Source: Candidatus Nomurabacteria bacterium (GTDB lineage Bacteria > Patescibacteriota > Minisyncoccia > Phycocordibacterales > UBA9973). From it: a DNA stretch of 64,000 nt. Positions within the stretch are counted from its first letter, which is position 1. Every line of letters starts with the position of its first letter. The stretch is from contig JAIOPO010000001.1 of the NCBI GenBank assembly GCA_021413905.1, positions 73,159 through 137,158 of the forward strand, given 5' to 3'. The notes below the pieces were generated by a model, which saw only the letters and a program-made list of their open reading frames with translations, was not told the DNA's origin and did no database searches. Made by a program: the position numbers and the translations under genes. This document shows, piece after piece, positions 8,783 to 16,650 of this stretch.

Positions 8783-10449
8783 CATAAAGCAGAAAAGCGG
8801 TTTTCAAAGCACTCAAACCCTTTTTTGCACTTATAATTCAACGTATTTTGAGAAACAGAAAGTTCTGAAAAGATAACTCTGATGATTTTTTCCTTTTCGT
8901 GTGGTTTTGCGAAATTGTAATATGGTATAACGTTTTTTATGAGTTCTGAAAGTTTTTGAACCTCCTTCATTGTTTCGTGCATAGCGATGTCAGAAATATC
9001 TTCGTCGCTCTTGAGTGCTGAAAGCTCTGCTTCAAGTTTTGTTTCTTCTTCGATGAGTGCTTCTGGTGAATACACGCCCGACTTCAAGAGTGAGAGTTTG
9101 TTTGAGCGTATGTATGCGAGATTTTCTCGAATGGTTTTTTTCTTTCGTTCGAGTTGGTCCAATCCTTTTTGTCGCTTTTCTTCGAGCAGGGCGATGTCTG
9201 TACCGACACGAGCGTCCATAAGCTCGATTTCTTCGTCGGTAAAATACAAACCGTTCATCAGTCCGCCGATTTTCTCATCAATAAACTTGAAATTGAAGTT
9301 CTTGAAAGTATTTTCGCATCCGTTCACGCATCGTGCATTGAAATACTGGATACCTTTCTTGGTGTATGGAGTATAGACACGTTCACAATGTACACAACGT
9401 ACAATGCCTCGAAGTGGTTGGTCGAGTTTTTCCGTATAGTGAACGCTGACTTTCTTCTTTTTGAGTACGGCTTGAACATCGCTAAAAAGCTCGTCGCTAA
9501 CGAGAGCCTCGTGGCTGTTGCTGTGAATATAGTTACCGTCAGGGTCGAGCGTTCTTCCAGTGTAGAAGCGATTTGTAAGTATTCTGCTGACGTGGTTTTC
9601 GGTTAGAGGTCTGGACGTTTTTTCAATTTCATCGAACTCGTCTTCTTCAGCCAGCATTTCTTCTTTTGTTCTTCGTCGTCTCATTGGAACAGTAACCAAA
9701 CCTTGCTCTTTGGCGAAGCGAGCCAAGTCAGAGAGGCTCCAATCTCCCGTAGCGTAGTATTCAAACATCTGCTTGATTATAGGAGCACGTACGGGGTCAA
9801 AAGGCTTATGTTCCATTTCGCCAAGGTTGAGATAGCCGATTGGGGCACGATAGGTACAAATGCCTTTTTCTCGTGAGTTTCGTATGGTGATAGTGACCTT
9901 CTCGCTCGTAACCCGTGAGTGATGCTGTGAGAACATACCGTCGATGTCCATATGCAGAGCACCCGAAGAAGTCTTGTCATATTTTGCATAGACAAAACGA
10001 AAATCAATGCCTTTACGCATTAGCTTTCTAACAAGCGTGTCGTCGCCTTTATTACGACTGATACGGTCCCAACAAAGACACACAACGCCTTTGAAATAGC
10101 CTTGGCTTACAAACTGAAGCATTTTTTGAAACTTGGGTCTGTCGATGCGGTATTGAACCAATCCATCATCGGTGATACTCACGTCATTGTCTTCCGTGAA
10201 GCCAGAGTGCTTTTCTGAAATGATACCGTCGGCACAGAAGCCCTTGATTGTGATTGGTGCGATTAAAAGTTTTTCTTTGTAGGCGTATCGAGTATTTTCA
10301 GTTTTTTGGTATGAAATTGAGTTCTTTTGATTGTCAGCTTCATCGGTGCTTTTTCTGCCGTATAGCAAATAGTGGTCACGGTATTTACCGCTGAGTATTT
10401 CGGCTATCAAATCTTTTTCGGTTTTTATACTCGACTTTTTCATATACAT
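8722..10449 (-). CDS. Large serine recombinase (phage-integrase type, resolvase/invertase catalytic domain plus zinc-ribbon and coiled-coil)
   Basis: 575 aa; N-terminal catalytic Ser motif YGRKSTDEADNQ, a recombinase domain, zinc ribbon CVHCERV...CVNGC and a C-terminal coiled coil; the last roughly 20 codons read through tRNA-Glu. Confidence 0.8.
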   Translation of the reverse strand: MYMKKSSIKTEKDLIAEILSGKYRDHYLLYGRKSTDEADNQKNSISYQKTENTRYAYKEKLLIAPITIKGFCADGIISEKHSGFTEDNDVSITDDGLVQYRIDRPKFQKMLQFVSQGYFKGVVCLCWDRISRNKGDDTLVRKLMRKGIDFRFVYAKYDKTSSGALHMDIDGMFSQHHSRVTSEKVTITIRNSREKGICTYRAPIGYLNLGEMEHKPFDPVRAPIIKQMFEYYATGDWSLSDLARFAKEQGLVTVPMRRRRTKEEMLAEEDEFDEIEKTSRPLTENHVSRILTNRFYTGRTLDPDGNYIHSNSHEALVSDELFSDVQAVLKKKKVSVHYTEKLDQPLRGIVRCVHCERVYTPYTKKGIQYFNARCVNGCENTFKNFNFKFIDEKIGGLMNGLYFTDEEIELMDARVGTDIALLEEKRQKGLDQLERKKKTIRENLAYIRSNKLSLLKSGVYSPEALIEEETKLEAELSALKSDEDISDIAMHETMKEVQKLSELIKNVIPYYNFAKPHEKEKIIRVIFSELSVSQNTLNYKCKKGFECFENRFSALCDPTENRTLITALKRRCPNR

Positions 10450-10697
10450 TGTGGGATTTCCTTTTTACGGATAACACCATCCACGATTTCGTATCCTTCA
10501 GAAACCATACGTTTGTGAATACCTCGGAGTATGTCGCCAAGTTCTTCAAGTGCGTCGAGAGTATCCTTTGAGAGGACGGGGCTTGAGCTTAATGAGGGAC
10601 CACGTGATGATGCTTCGTTGCTACACAAAAGTCCACGTTGCCCCTCGTTAGGTTCAAACTCTGGAGCATCATATTGACCTGTGTGTAGCTCATTCAT
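10440..10697 (-). CDS. Hypothetical small protein immediately upstream of, and overlapping the start of, the recombinase
   Basis: 85-aa ORF in island-type GC context; stop overlaps the recombinase start codon (translational coupling). Confidence 0.3.
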   Translation of the reverse strand: MNELHTGQYDAPEFEPNEGQRGLLCSNEASSRGPSLSSSPVLSKDTLDALEELGDILRGIHKRMVSEGYEIVDGVIRKKEIPQCI

Positions 10698-10711
10698 AAT
10701 AACATTTCTTC

Positions 10712-11350
10712 TTATTTATTCCGACCTTTTGTTTGTGTGTTCAGTTTGTTTTCAGCAATTTTGAACATTTTGTAATTTGTAAAAACCTCCCCGTACATAC
10801 GCTCGATTTTTTTCTGCTTTTTTGTTGGCTCTCCTCGATATGTCTGTCTTTTTGCTTTTTGGCTGAGCTTCTCGATTTCATCGTAGAGTTCAATCGTATG
10901 AAGCAACGGGTAAAGGTGATATTTCTTGTTCACTTTGCGTGAGCTGTATGTGAGTTCGTAGCAATGACGGCATCCAAACCAGTCGCCATCCTTGTAAAGG
11001 ACCCCGACACGGCGACCGCAATACTGACCGTTCTTGCTTAGTGTGCATATAAACCAGTGTCGTGTACCACCAAAGTGGCACGGGCTTTCTACGATTGGGA
11101 CCTTGTAGTCAAAGTCCTTCTTTTCGCCCGTGGCGTTGTCAGTTTGGGTGTATATGAAGCGTGCGTATTTTTCGTCGTCCCAGATGGAGACTTGCACGGA
11201 GACGCTTCCTCTTGAGCCGTTCTCGCCCCAAGAGACAGTTGTGTGTTTATAACCCCCGTATTTTTTGATGTCACGGAGTAGCCACCATATTTCTATTTTC
11301 TTGCACCAGTCTGCTTCAGATTTGCTCATAGTTTTATACGCCGAAATCAA
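10712..11350 (-). CDS. Zinc-ribbon protein (CxxxxC...C...CxxC), hypothetical
   Basis: 212 aa; cysteine cluster SPCHFGGTRHWFIC...CGRRVGVLY...GCRHCYELTYSS. Confidence 0.4.
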   Translation of the reverse strand: MISAYKTMSKSEADWCKKIEIWWLLRDIKKYGGYKHTTVSWGENGSRGSVSVQVSIWDDEKYARFIYTQTDNATGEKKDFDYKVPIVESPCHFGGTRHWFICTLSKNGQYCGRRVGVLYKDGDWFGCRHCYELTYSSRKVNKKYHLYPLLHTIELYDEIEKLSQKAKRQTYRGEPTKKQKKIERMYGEVFTNYKMFKIAENKLNTQTKGRNK

Positions 11351-11391
11351 TAGGAAATCTCACTGTTATCTCCGATTTTCGGCACTTACTT

Positions 11392-11970
11392 TTACAGAAC
11401 GAACCCATTTTCGTTGTCTCCGTTTATATCGACATCAACGGCAATCGGGGGCGTTACCGCTTCGCCCTTTCGCACTGATTGCAGTCGCTGAAGCTCGTGC
11501 AGTGCCTTGTAAAGTCTGTTCTCAATCGCTATTTCATAGCGGAGATAGGTGGTGGAAAGTTTATCGACAGCCTCGTGACCAACGACTGGCGTATAGCCCT
11601 CGTTTTTGACAACGGTTTCCGTAAATGAAATCTCCATCATTGTGTCGTGAACCTCGACCAGTCTGGGGTTAAGAATTGATTGCATATACTCCTTTTCGGA
11701 TTTTGCTACTCTGTACAATTTCAGATAGTACACACCAATACGGTCCACGAGTATTTTTTCGAGTACGCCGACTGGTTGAAATTGAGCATTAAGACGGTCA
11801 GCAATGTCTTGTGAAAAGCTCTGCTCGTAATCCGTCACAGACTCCTTGAAAATACCGTGTTTGATTGCGTTGTATTTGCTCACAGCTTTTCCTTCGTCTG
11901 TTTTTACTCCGCCCTTTTTACCATTTTCACGGTTCGCTTCGAGCTGTTTTGGTGATATTTCTTGGTTCAT
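11392..11970 (-). CDS. Hypothetical protein
   Basis: 192-aa ORF in the island cargo operon; no recognisable motif. Confidence 0.3.
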   Translation of the reverse strand: MNQEISPKQLEANRENGKKGGVKTDEGKAVSKYNAIKHGIFKESVTDYEQSFSQDIADRLNAQFQPVGVLEKILVDRIGVYYLKLYRVAKSEKEYMQSILNPRLVEVHDTMMEISFTETVVKNEGYTPVVGHEAVDKLSTTYLRYEIAIENRLYKALHELQRLQSVRKGEAVTPPIAVDVDINGDNENGFVL

Positions 11971-11990
11971 AATTTGTGTTTTACTTATTG

Positions 11991-13406
11991 TTAAAATGGG
12001 AGCTCGTCGGATGGATTACTGTCTGTATCGACTGCATCGTTCACAACGTTCACGTCGTTCACTTGCTCGCCACGGATGTCAGCATCGGTAATACCAAAAC
12101 GCTCCTTCCACATATCAAGTCGCTTTCTATTTTCCTTGAAAGAGAGCACAAAACCTTTTCGTGTCTTGTAAGGTTTGAGCTGTAATTTTGTGCGGAGATA
12201 CCATCCAACCTTGCGTGCCTGAAGCGTGTCGTCGCTCAAGTCGCTTTCTCTGTTCACTTCGTCCGTAATCTGTTTGACGGTGATTTCGCTGAGCCCTGTT
12301 TGGTGCTCAAGTTTGAGAATGGAGAAGACAATATCGCTTTCCCAAGAAAGCCCTCTGTCAGCCACGAGGTCTGTGTTATATCTGACGATAAATGACTTCA
12401 GGTGCTCTCTAATAGCCTCATCCTTGATGATTGAGAGCAGGGGTATGACAATCTGGTTCAAACGTGGATGGATGCCGTCAATGAGCTCCTCTCGGCGTTC
12501 AATCGGCTCGAAGTAATTTTTAAGTCTCCACATCAGGAGCTTATTTCGGATACGTTCTGCTTCTTTGTAGAAATCTTCGCCAAGAGTGCGTGGGATGTCA
12601 GCTCTCAATTTTCCAGCCCCCATTTCTTCAACAAGAAATCTGCTCTCCAATGCCTTGTCTGAGAACGTCTCACGTGTTGCCACAATTTTGGGACAGAAGA
12701 CATCGTATGCTTTGACCTCGAAAGTGCCTTTGCCCTCGGAGCGAAGAACGGGCATTCCTTTTTGGTATCCAGTGTTCAAAATCTTAACGATTTCAGATGT
12801 CATATCGGAAAACTTGAAGTCTGCCTCGTCGATGATGAGTGTCCCGTGCACTTCGTTTATGATGCGAAATATAGGGCTCGGCGTTGTCGCCCCTCCCGTA
12901 AATACGGGCTTGTAGCACAAGATACCGATTGCCTGTATAAAGCGAGATTTACCGCTTCCAAAGTCGCCAATAGCACGCAAGTACGGGACCTCGTTGAACT
13001 TATCGAACATCCACGTGAACAGCACGTAATAGGTAGCTATCTGCTCGAATACCTCAGATATGTCGAGATACTTGTGTATGAAGGCTTGGATTTCCTTCAG
13101 GATTTCTTCTTCGTTCTCGTATTCCGTAGCAAGAGATGGGAAAAGTATCACTCCTTTTTCTACAAGATTGTACGTTGATGGAAGTGGCTTGTATCTTTTA
13201 CCATCAAGTTGGACCTCGTCGAGGTCGCTTTCAATGGTCCCGTCTCGGCTTATTTTTACGAACGAACTTTTGTGTGCCGTGTCGTCGTATACCATTTCAT
13301 ACAATGCGTCTGGGGTAACGATGGAAGTTTTGAGAATTGGTTTCTCGTTTTCATTTTCATTTTTCATATGCGTGGCAGGATTATTTGTAATTCTTACGCA
13401 TACCAA
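11991..13406 (-). CDS. P-loop NTPase (Walker A GDFGSGKS, Walker B LIIDEAD); possible plasmid/phage replication or primase-associated ATPase
   Basis: 471 aa; Walker A and B motifs clearly present; likely real start at Met14 (13367); N-terminal and C-terminal extra domains. Confidence 0.5.
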   Translation of the reverse strand: MVCVRITNNPATHMKNENENEKPILKTSIVTPDALYEMVYDDTAHKSSFVKISRDGTIESDLDEVQLDGKRYKPLPSTYNLVEKGVILFPSLATEYENEEEILKEIQAFIHKYLDISEVFEQIATYYVLFTWMFDKFNEVPYLRAIGDFGSGKSRFIQAIGILCYKPVFTGGATTPSPIFRIINEVHGTLIIDEADFKFSDMTSEIVKILNTGYQKGMPVLRSEGKGTFEVKAYDVFCPKIVATRETFSDKALESRFLVEEMGAGKLRADIPRTLGEDFYKEAERIRNKLLMWRLKNYFEPIERREELIDGIHPRLNQIVIPLLSIIKDEAIREHLKSFIVRYNTDLVADRGLSWESDIVFSILKLEHQTGLSEITVKQITDEVNRESDLSDDTLQARKVGWYLRTKLQLKPYKTRKGFVLSFKENRKRLDMWKERFGITDADIRGEQVNDVNVVNDAVDTDSNPSDELPF

Positions 13407-13719
13407 AAATGCGAGACTTTAGGTTCTTGCGAGCGTTCGCAAAATCAAGAGGGCTGACCGTGATTTTGTTGGACCAGTATCCATCGACCACGGCTCCCAA
13501 TTCAGGACTGCTATTGAACACGAACAGCAATTTTCCGCCTCGCTCGGCATCAATCGTGACGAGGGGGTGTCCCTTGCAGATGAGTGTTACCGAAAGGTCG
13601 AAGTCGGTTGAATAAAAATAGTTTTTCCAATCATCGAGTGGAATGTACTGATAATCGCTACTGTCTTTCACTGGCACTGTATTGAACTTGTCGCTCTGGG
13701 TATGTTTATTCATACGCAT
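13381..13719 (-). CDS. Hypothetical protein
   Basis: 112-aa ORF between the TPR gene and the ATPase gene on the same strand, overlapping the ATPase start. Confidence 0.3.
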   Translation of the reverse strand: MRMNKHTQSDKFNTVPVKDSSDYQYIPLDDWKNYFYSTDFDLSVTLICKGHPLVTIDAERGGKLLFVFNSSPELGAVVDGYWSNKITVSPLDFANARKNLKSRIFGMRKNYK

Positions 13720-13823
13720 ATATATTTATTCTTACTAATGCGAGGGTTTCGTGCCCTCAGGGTCAATTAGAATAAATCCTCTTTTTCAAGGGCAATGCGT
13801 TTCGAGGTAGAGGAAAAGAACAG

Positions 13824-13850
13824 CAAAAAAGCCTTATCAATAAAGGCTTA
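13824..13850 (-). terminator. Rho-independent terminator downstream of the TPR gene (minus strand)
   Basis: On the minus strand: hairpin AAGCCTTTATTGATAAGGCTT followed by TTTTTTGCTG. Confidence 0.45.
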
Positions 13851-13897
13851 AAATGCTTTCCTCTTAATATGCGGACATTATTCCTCTTTCCTCCCGC

Positions 13898-16153
13898 TTA
13901 TTTTTTAGCTAATTTCAGAGAGACAACCTCATCTCTTTCATTAAAAACAAGACTAACCCTTACTTTCTTCTTTCGGAGTGTCTCTTGTAGTTCTTTGATG
14001 CGTGTACGCAAAATATCTTGCTTTTGGGCTGTGCTAAGTGACTCAGTTTTGAACTTAGAACGGTCCGAAGATGATGTGTTAAAAATGGCATTTATAGCTT
14101 TAGCTTGTCCTAGTGGACAGAGTGCTTCCAGTAGCTTGAAAGGAATGTTTTTTGCAGGACCCACTTCAATTTTTCCTCCATCCAAAAGGAAGTAGCCTGT
14201 TCCATTCTCAACAATCGTCTGGGGCGTTTTGACCGCAACGATTTTTGGCTTCTGTATTTGTGGCTTTGACTGGCTTGTTTCGGTTTTTTTGCCTTTATCA
14301 GAAAATATGCGATTATAGTTTCTCTCAACAACCTCATCGTTTGTACTGTTTTCTTTGGCTTTTTTTATCAGCTCTTTTGCTTTTTCGATGTCTCCTTCTT
14401 TTTCATAGATGATGGCAAGATTATTAAGTGCCGACGACGAGTTCGGGCGTGTCTCAAGATGTGCCTCATAGACTATCTTCGCATTCTTGTCGTCACCGCA
14501 TTCACGCAACGAGTATGCGAGTTCAAAAAGCCCTGTTTCTGACTTTCCGTAAACAAAGTTCTCTCCGATAGAAGCGAGGTTGTTTATATTTGGTTTGACG
14601 TACTCATAGAGACTTTTTACAGATTGAAACTTCTTTTTCTCATACAGAGCTTCAACGTCTTCGGCAAATTGATATTCGATATAATCTTCGACTGAAACGC
14701 CGTAATTATCCACAGCATCTTCCAATACGCTCGTGTATGTATCGAGAAATCCATCGGTGGCATCACTCATTTTTACTTGCAGAGAAAAGAATATCTGGCT
14801 ACTACTAACACCTTCGATTGCACGCAATTTGTATCGTAGGGAGTTATCGTAATCTTTTTTAAGATATAGTAGATTTGAATAGGTGGCATTAAACATCTTA
14901 TCGTCAGGATAATAATCCAACGCCTCCTTCAATGTACCCTCTGCCTCTTTGAGCGTTTTCTTTTCTGACACTGTCAGAGCTCGGACTGGCTTATCATCAT
15001 AAGGAGTTGGCAAAGTAGAAGCCTGTATGTACGCCAATAGTCCTTTTATTCTCGTCTTCAGCATTTCATCAACCTTAAGTTTCAAAATACTTTTGAGCGT
15101 TTTTTCAGCTAAGTCTGCGTAATCAAAATCCAGTGGATACTCAACCCTTAGTTCCTGATGGCATAATTTTGCACTTTCAATAATATCCTTTATTTCAGGG
15201 ATATTTTTCGTTTTTGCATAACAAGCTAAGAGATAATAGTAACTCGCTTGCGTATCGTCCGTGTCACGAATGGTAAGAGCAATAGCGTCTCTGAAATACT
15301 GTGTGGCTTTTTCGTAATCTCCTTTTTCAAAATAAAATCTTCCTTTAAGGAGACTGTCCGTCGATTTATTAAAAATGGTTGTGCCAAGTATTTTTTCTGC
15401 ACTCGGAAAGTCTTTTTGAGCAGTCAAAAGTTTTATCACTGTGACCTTCAAATGAGGGTATCCGTGGGTCCAGTTTTGTTTCGGTATTTTCGACACGGCT
15501 GTCTCAAAAAAAGCTCGTGCCTCTTTGAGCTTTCCTTTTTTAAGAAAGTCATTCACCACAAAATCAATGAAGTACTCATCTCCGTCTTTTGGAAATAATT
15601 TCAACGCCTTTTTGGCAATATCTATTTTTCTTATCTTGTCATTCTCGTGCCTAAATAATTCAGAAAAAAAATCAGACGAAACATCCTCACAACCAATTGC
15701 ATCATAGAGACGGTGTACGGCTATATCAGAGCTTTCAAAAAGATTATGTTTGGAAAGAAGCCAATACGGCAAAGCTGACCGTGGCTTTTTTTTGTCACTA
15801 AAATCAAAAAAACTACCAGTGTCATCCTTTATCGCCAAGTCGAGATATTCTTTAGCTTTTTCTCGGTATTTTTTATCTTCATCAATTAGGGTAATGTAGC
15901 ACCATCCAACGATTGTAGCTTCCTTCTTTGACAGTGTTACTTTTGAGACAATGATTTCTTTTTTGAACTCTTTTTTCTGATGGTCGGTAATTTTAAGATA
16001 GAGTTTTACTTGCTTTTCATCCTCTTCGATTTTTTCAACCTCGGCATCGTAATATGCGTTCTTTGCTTTTGAGGCAACATCAACCAGCCCAAAAGTTTGA
16101 GCTGTTTTGGCACCAAAACGTATGGTTTCTTTTCCGTCGAGAAATCTTCGCAT
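13898..16153 (-). CDS. Large TPR-repeat protein, hypothetical; first gene of the island minus-strand operon
   Basis: 751 aa; multiple TPR-like helical repeats (for example ALNNLAIIYEKEGDIEKAKELIKKA and GRFYFEKGDYEKATQYFRDAIAL); basic C-terminal tail. Confidence 0.5.
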   Translation of the reverse strand: MRRFLDGKETIRFGAKTAQTFGLVDVASKAKNAYYDAEVEKIEEDEKQVKLYLKITDHQKKEFKKEIIVSKVTLSKKEATIVGWCYITLIDEDKKYREKAKEYLDLAIKDDTGSFFDFSDKKKPRSALPYWLLSKHNLFESSDIAVHRLYDAIGCEDVSSDFFSELFRHENDKIRKIDIAKKALKLFPKDGDEYFIDFVVNDFLKKGKLKEARAFFETAVSKIPKQNWTHGYPHLKVTVIKLLTAQKDFPSAEKILGTTIFNKSTDSLLKGRFYFEKGDYEKATQYFRDAIALTIRDTDDTQASYYYLLACYAKTKNIPEIKDIIESAKLCHQELRVEYPLDFDYADLAEKTLKSILKLKVDEMLKTRIKGLLAYIQASTLPTPYDDKPVRALTVSEKKTLKEAEGTLKEALDYYPDDKMFNATYSNLLYLKKDYDNSLRYKLRAIEGVSSSQIFFSLQVKMSDATDGFLDTYTSVLEDAVDNYGVSVEDYIEYQFAEDVEALYEKKKFQSVKSLYEYVKPNINNLASIGENFVYGKSETGLFELAYSLRECGDDKNAKIVYEAHLETRPNSSSALNNLAIIYEKEGDIEKAKELIKKAKENSTNDEVVERNYNRIFSDKGKKTETSQSKPQIQKPKIVAVKTPQTIVENGTGYFLLDGGKIEVGPAKNIPFKLLEALCPLGQAKAINAIFNTSSSDRSKFKTESLSTAQKQDILRTRIKELQETLRKKKVRVSLVFNERDEVVSLKLAKK

Positions 16154-16233
16154 ATTTATTTACATTTGCATTACCTAATTCACGTTGTAACCATTGAGAA
16201 CGTTGTGAATGTCGTGTATAATAATGGTAGCAA

Positions 16234-16452
16234 ATGTTAGGTATGAAATCAACGCATAAATCGCCGAAAAACAAAGAGGATTTACCTGAACTCTTAACTT
16301 TGGAAGAAGCCTCAGCTTATTTGAAGTGTCACCCGAACACGCTTCGACAATGGGACAAAAAAGGCATACTCGTCGCTCTCCGATTTGGAGCACGTCGAGA
16401 TAGAAAATATCGCAAGGATGCTATTATGAAAATGTTAGAACAAAAAATATGA
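16234..16452 (+). CDS. Excisionase/AlpA-like HTH DNA-binding protein (candidate recombination directionality factor or controller)
   Basis: 72 aa; LLTLEEASAYLKCHPNTLRQWDKKGIL matches the MerR-superfamily excisionase-type HTH; first gene of the plus-strand operon upstream of mod. Confidence 0.55.
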   Translation: MLGMKSTHKSPKNKEDLPELLTLEEASAYLKCHPNTLRQWDKKGILVALRFGARRDRKYRKDAIMKMLEQKI

Positions 16453-16514
16453 AAACATAGATAATTATTACAATTTAATTTGCCTAACCCTCGTCAGAGG
16501 CACGGCACAAAACC

Positions 16515-16650
16515 CCCACCACAGTAAAGAACTCCTCGTTAGAGTCTTACCTGTGGTGGGTCGTATTGGGAAACTGGTACGGGTGGCGAAAGCCACCGAG
16601 CTTTAGCGGGGAGCTTTTTGTTCTCCGTAAGCATAAAAAACCCACCACAA
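16515..16650 (+). promoter_or_regulatory. Structured leader between the HTH gene and mod: CCCACCACAG inverted repeat (16515-16524 and 16551-16560), GNRA hairpin GGTGGCGAAAGCCACC (16582-16597), third CCCACCACA copy (16641-16649)
   Basis: Read directly from the sequence; an 11-bp perfect inverted repeat ACCCACCACAG/CTGTGGTGGGT with a 27-nt spacer, and a direct copy of the same decamer just before the mod start. Confidence 0.35.

Noticed and set aside
8987-9606. Two plus-strand ORFs (129 and 150 aa) inside the serine recombinase gene
   Set aside because: Antisense to the recombinase; Ser-rich low-complexity translations
12226-13457. Cluster of six plus-strand ORFs (60-138 aa) opposite the island P-loop NTPase gene
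   Set aside because: All lie antisense to the 471-aa NTPase frame that carries clear Walker motifs; GC-richer DNA produces long spurious ORFs
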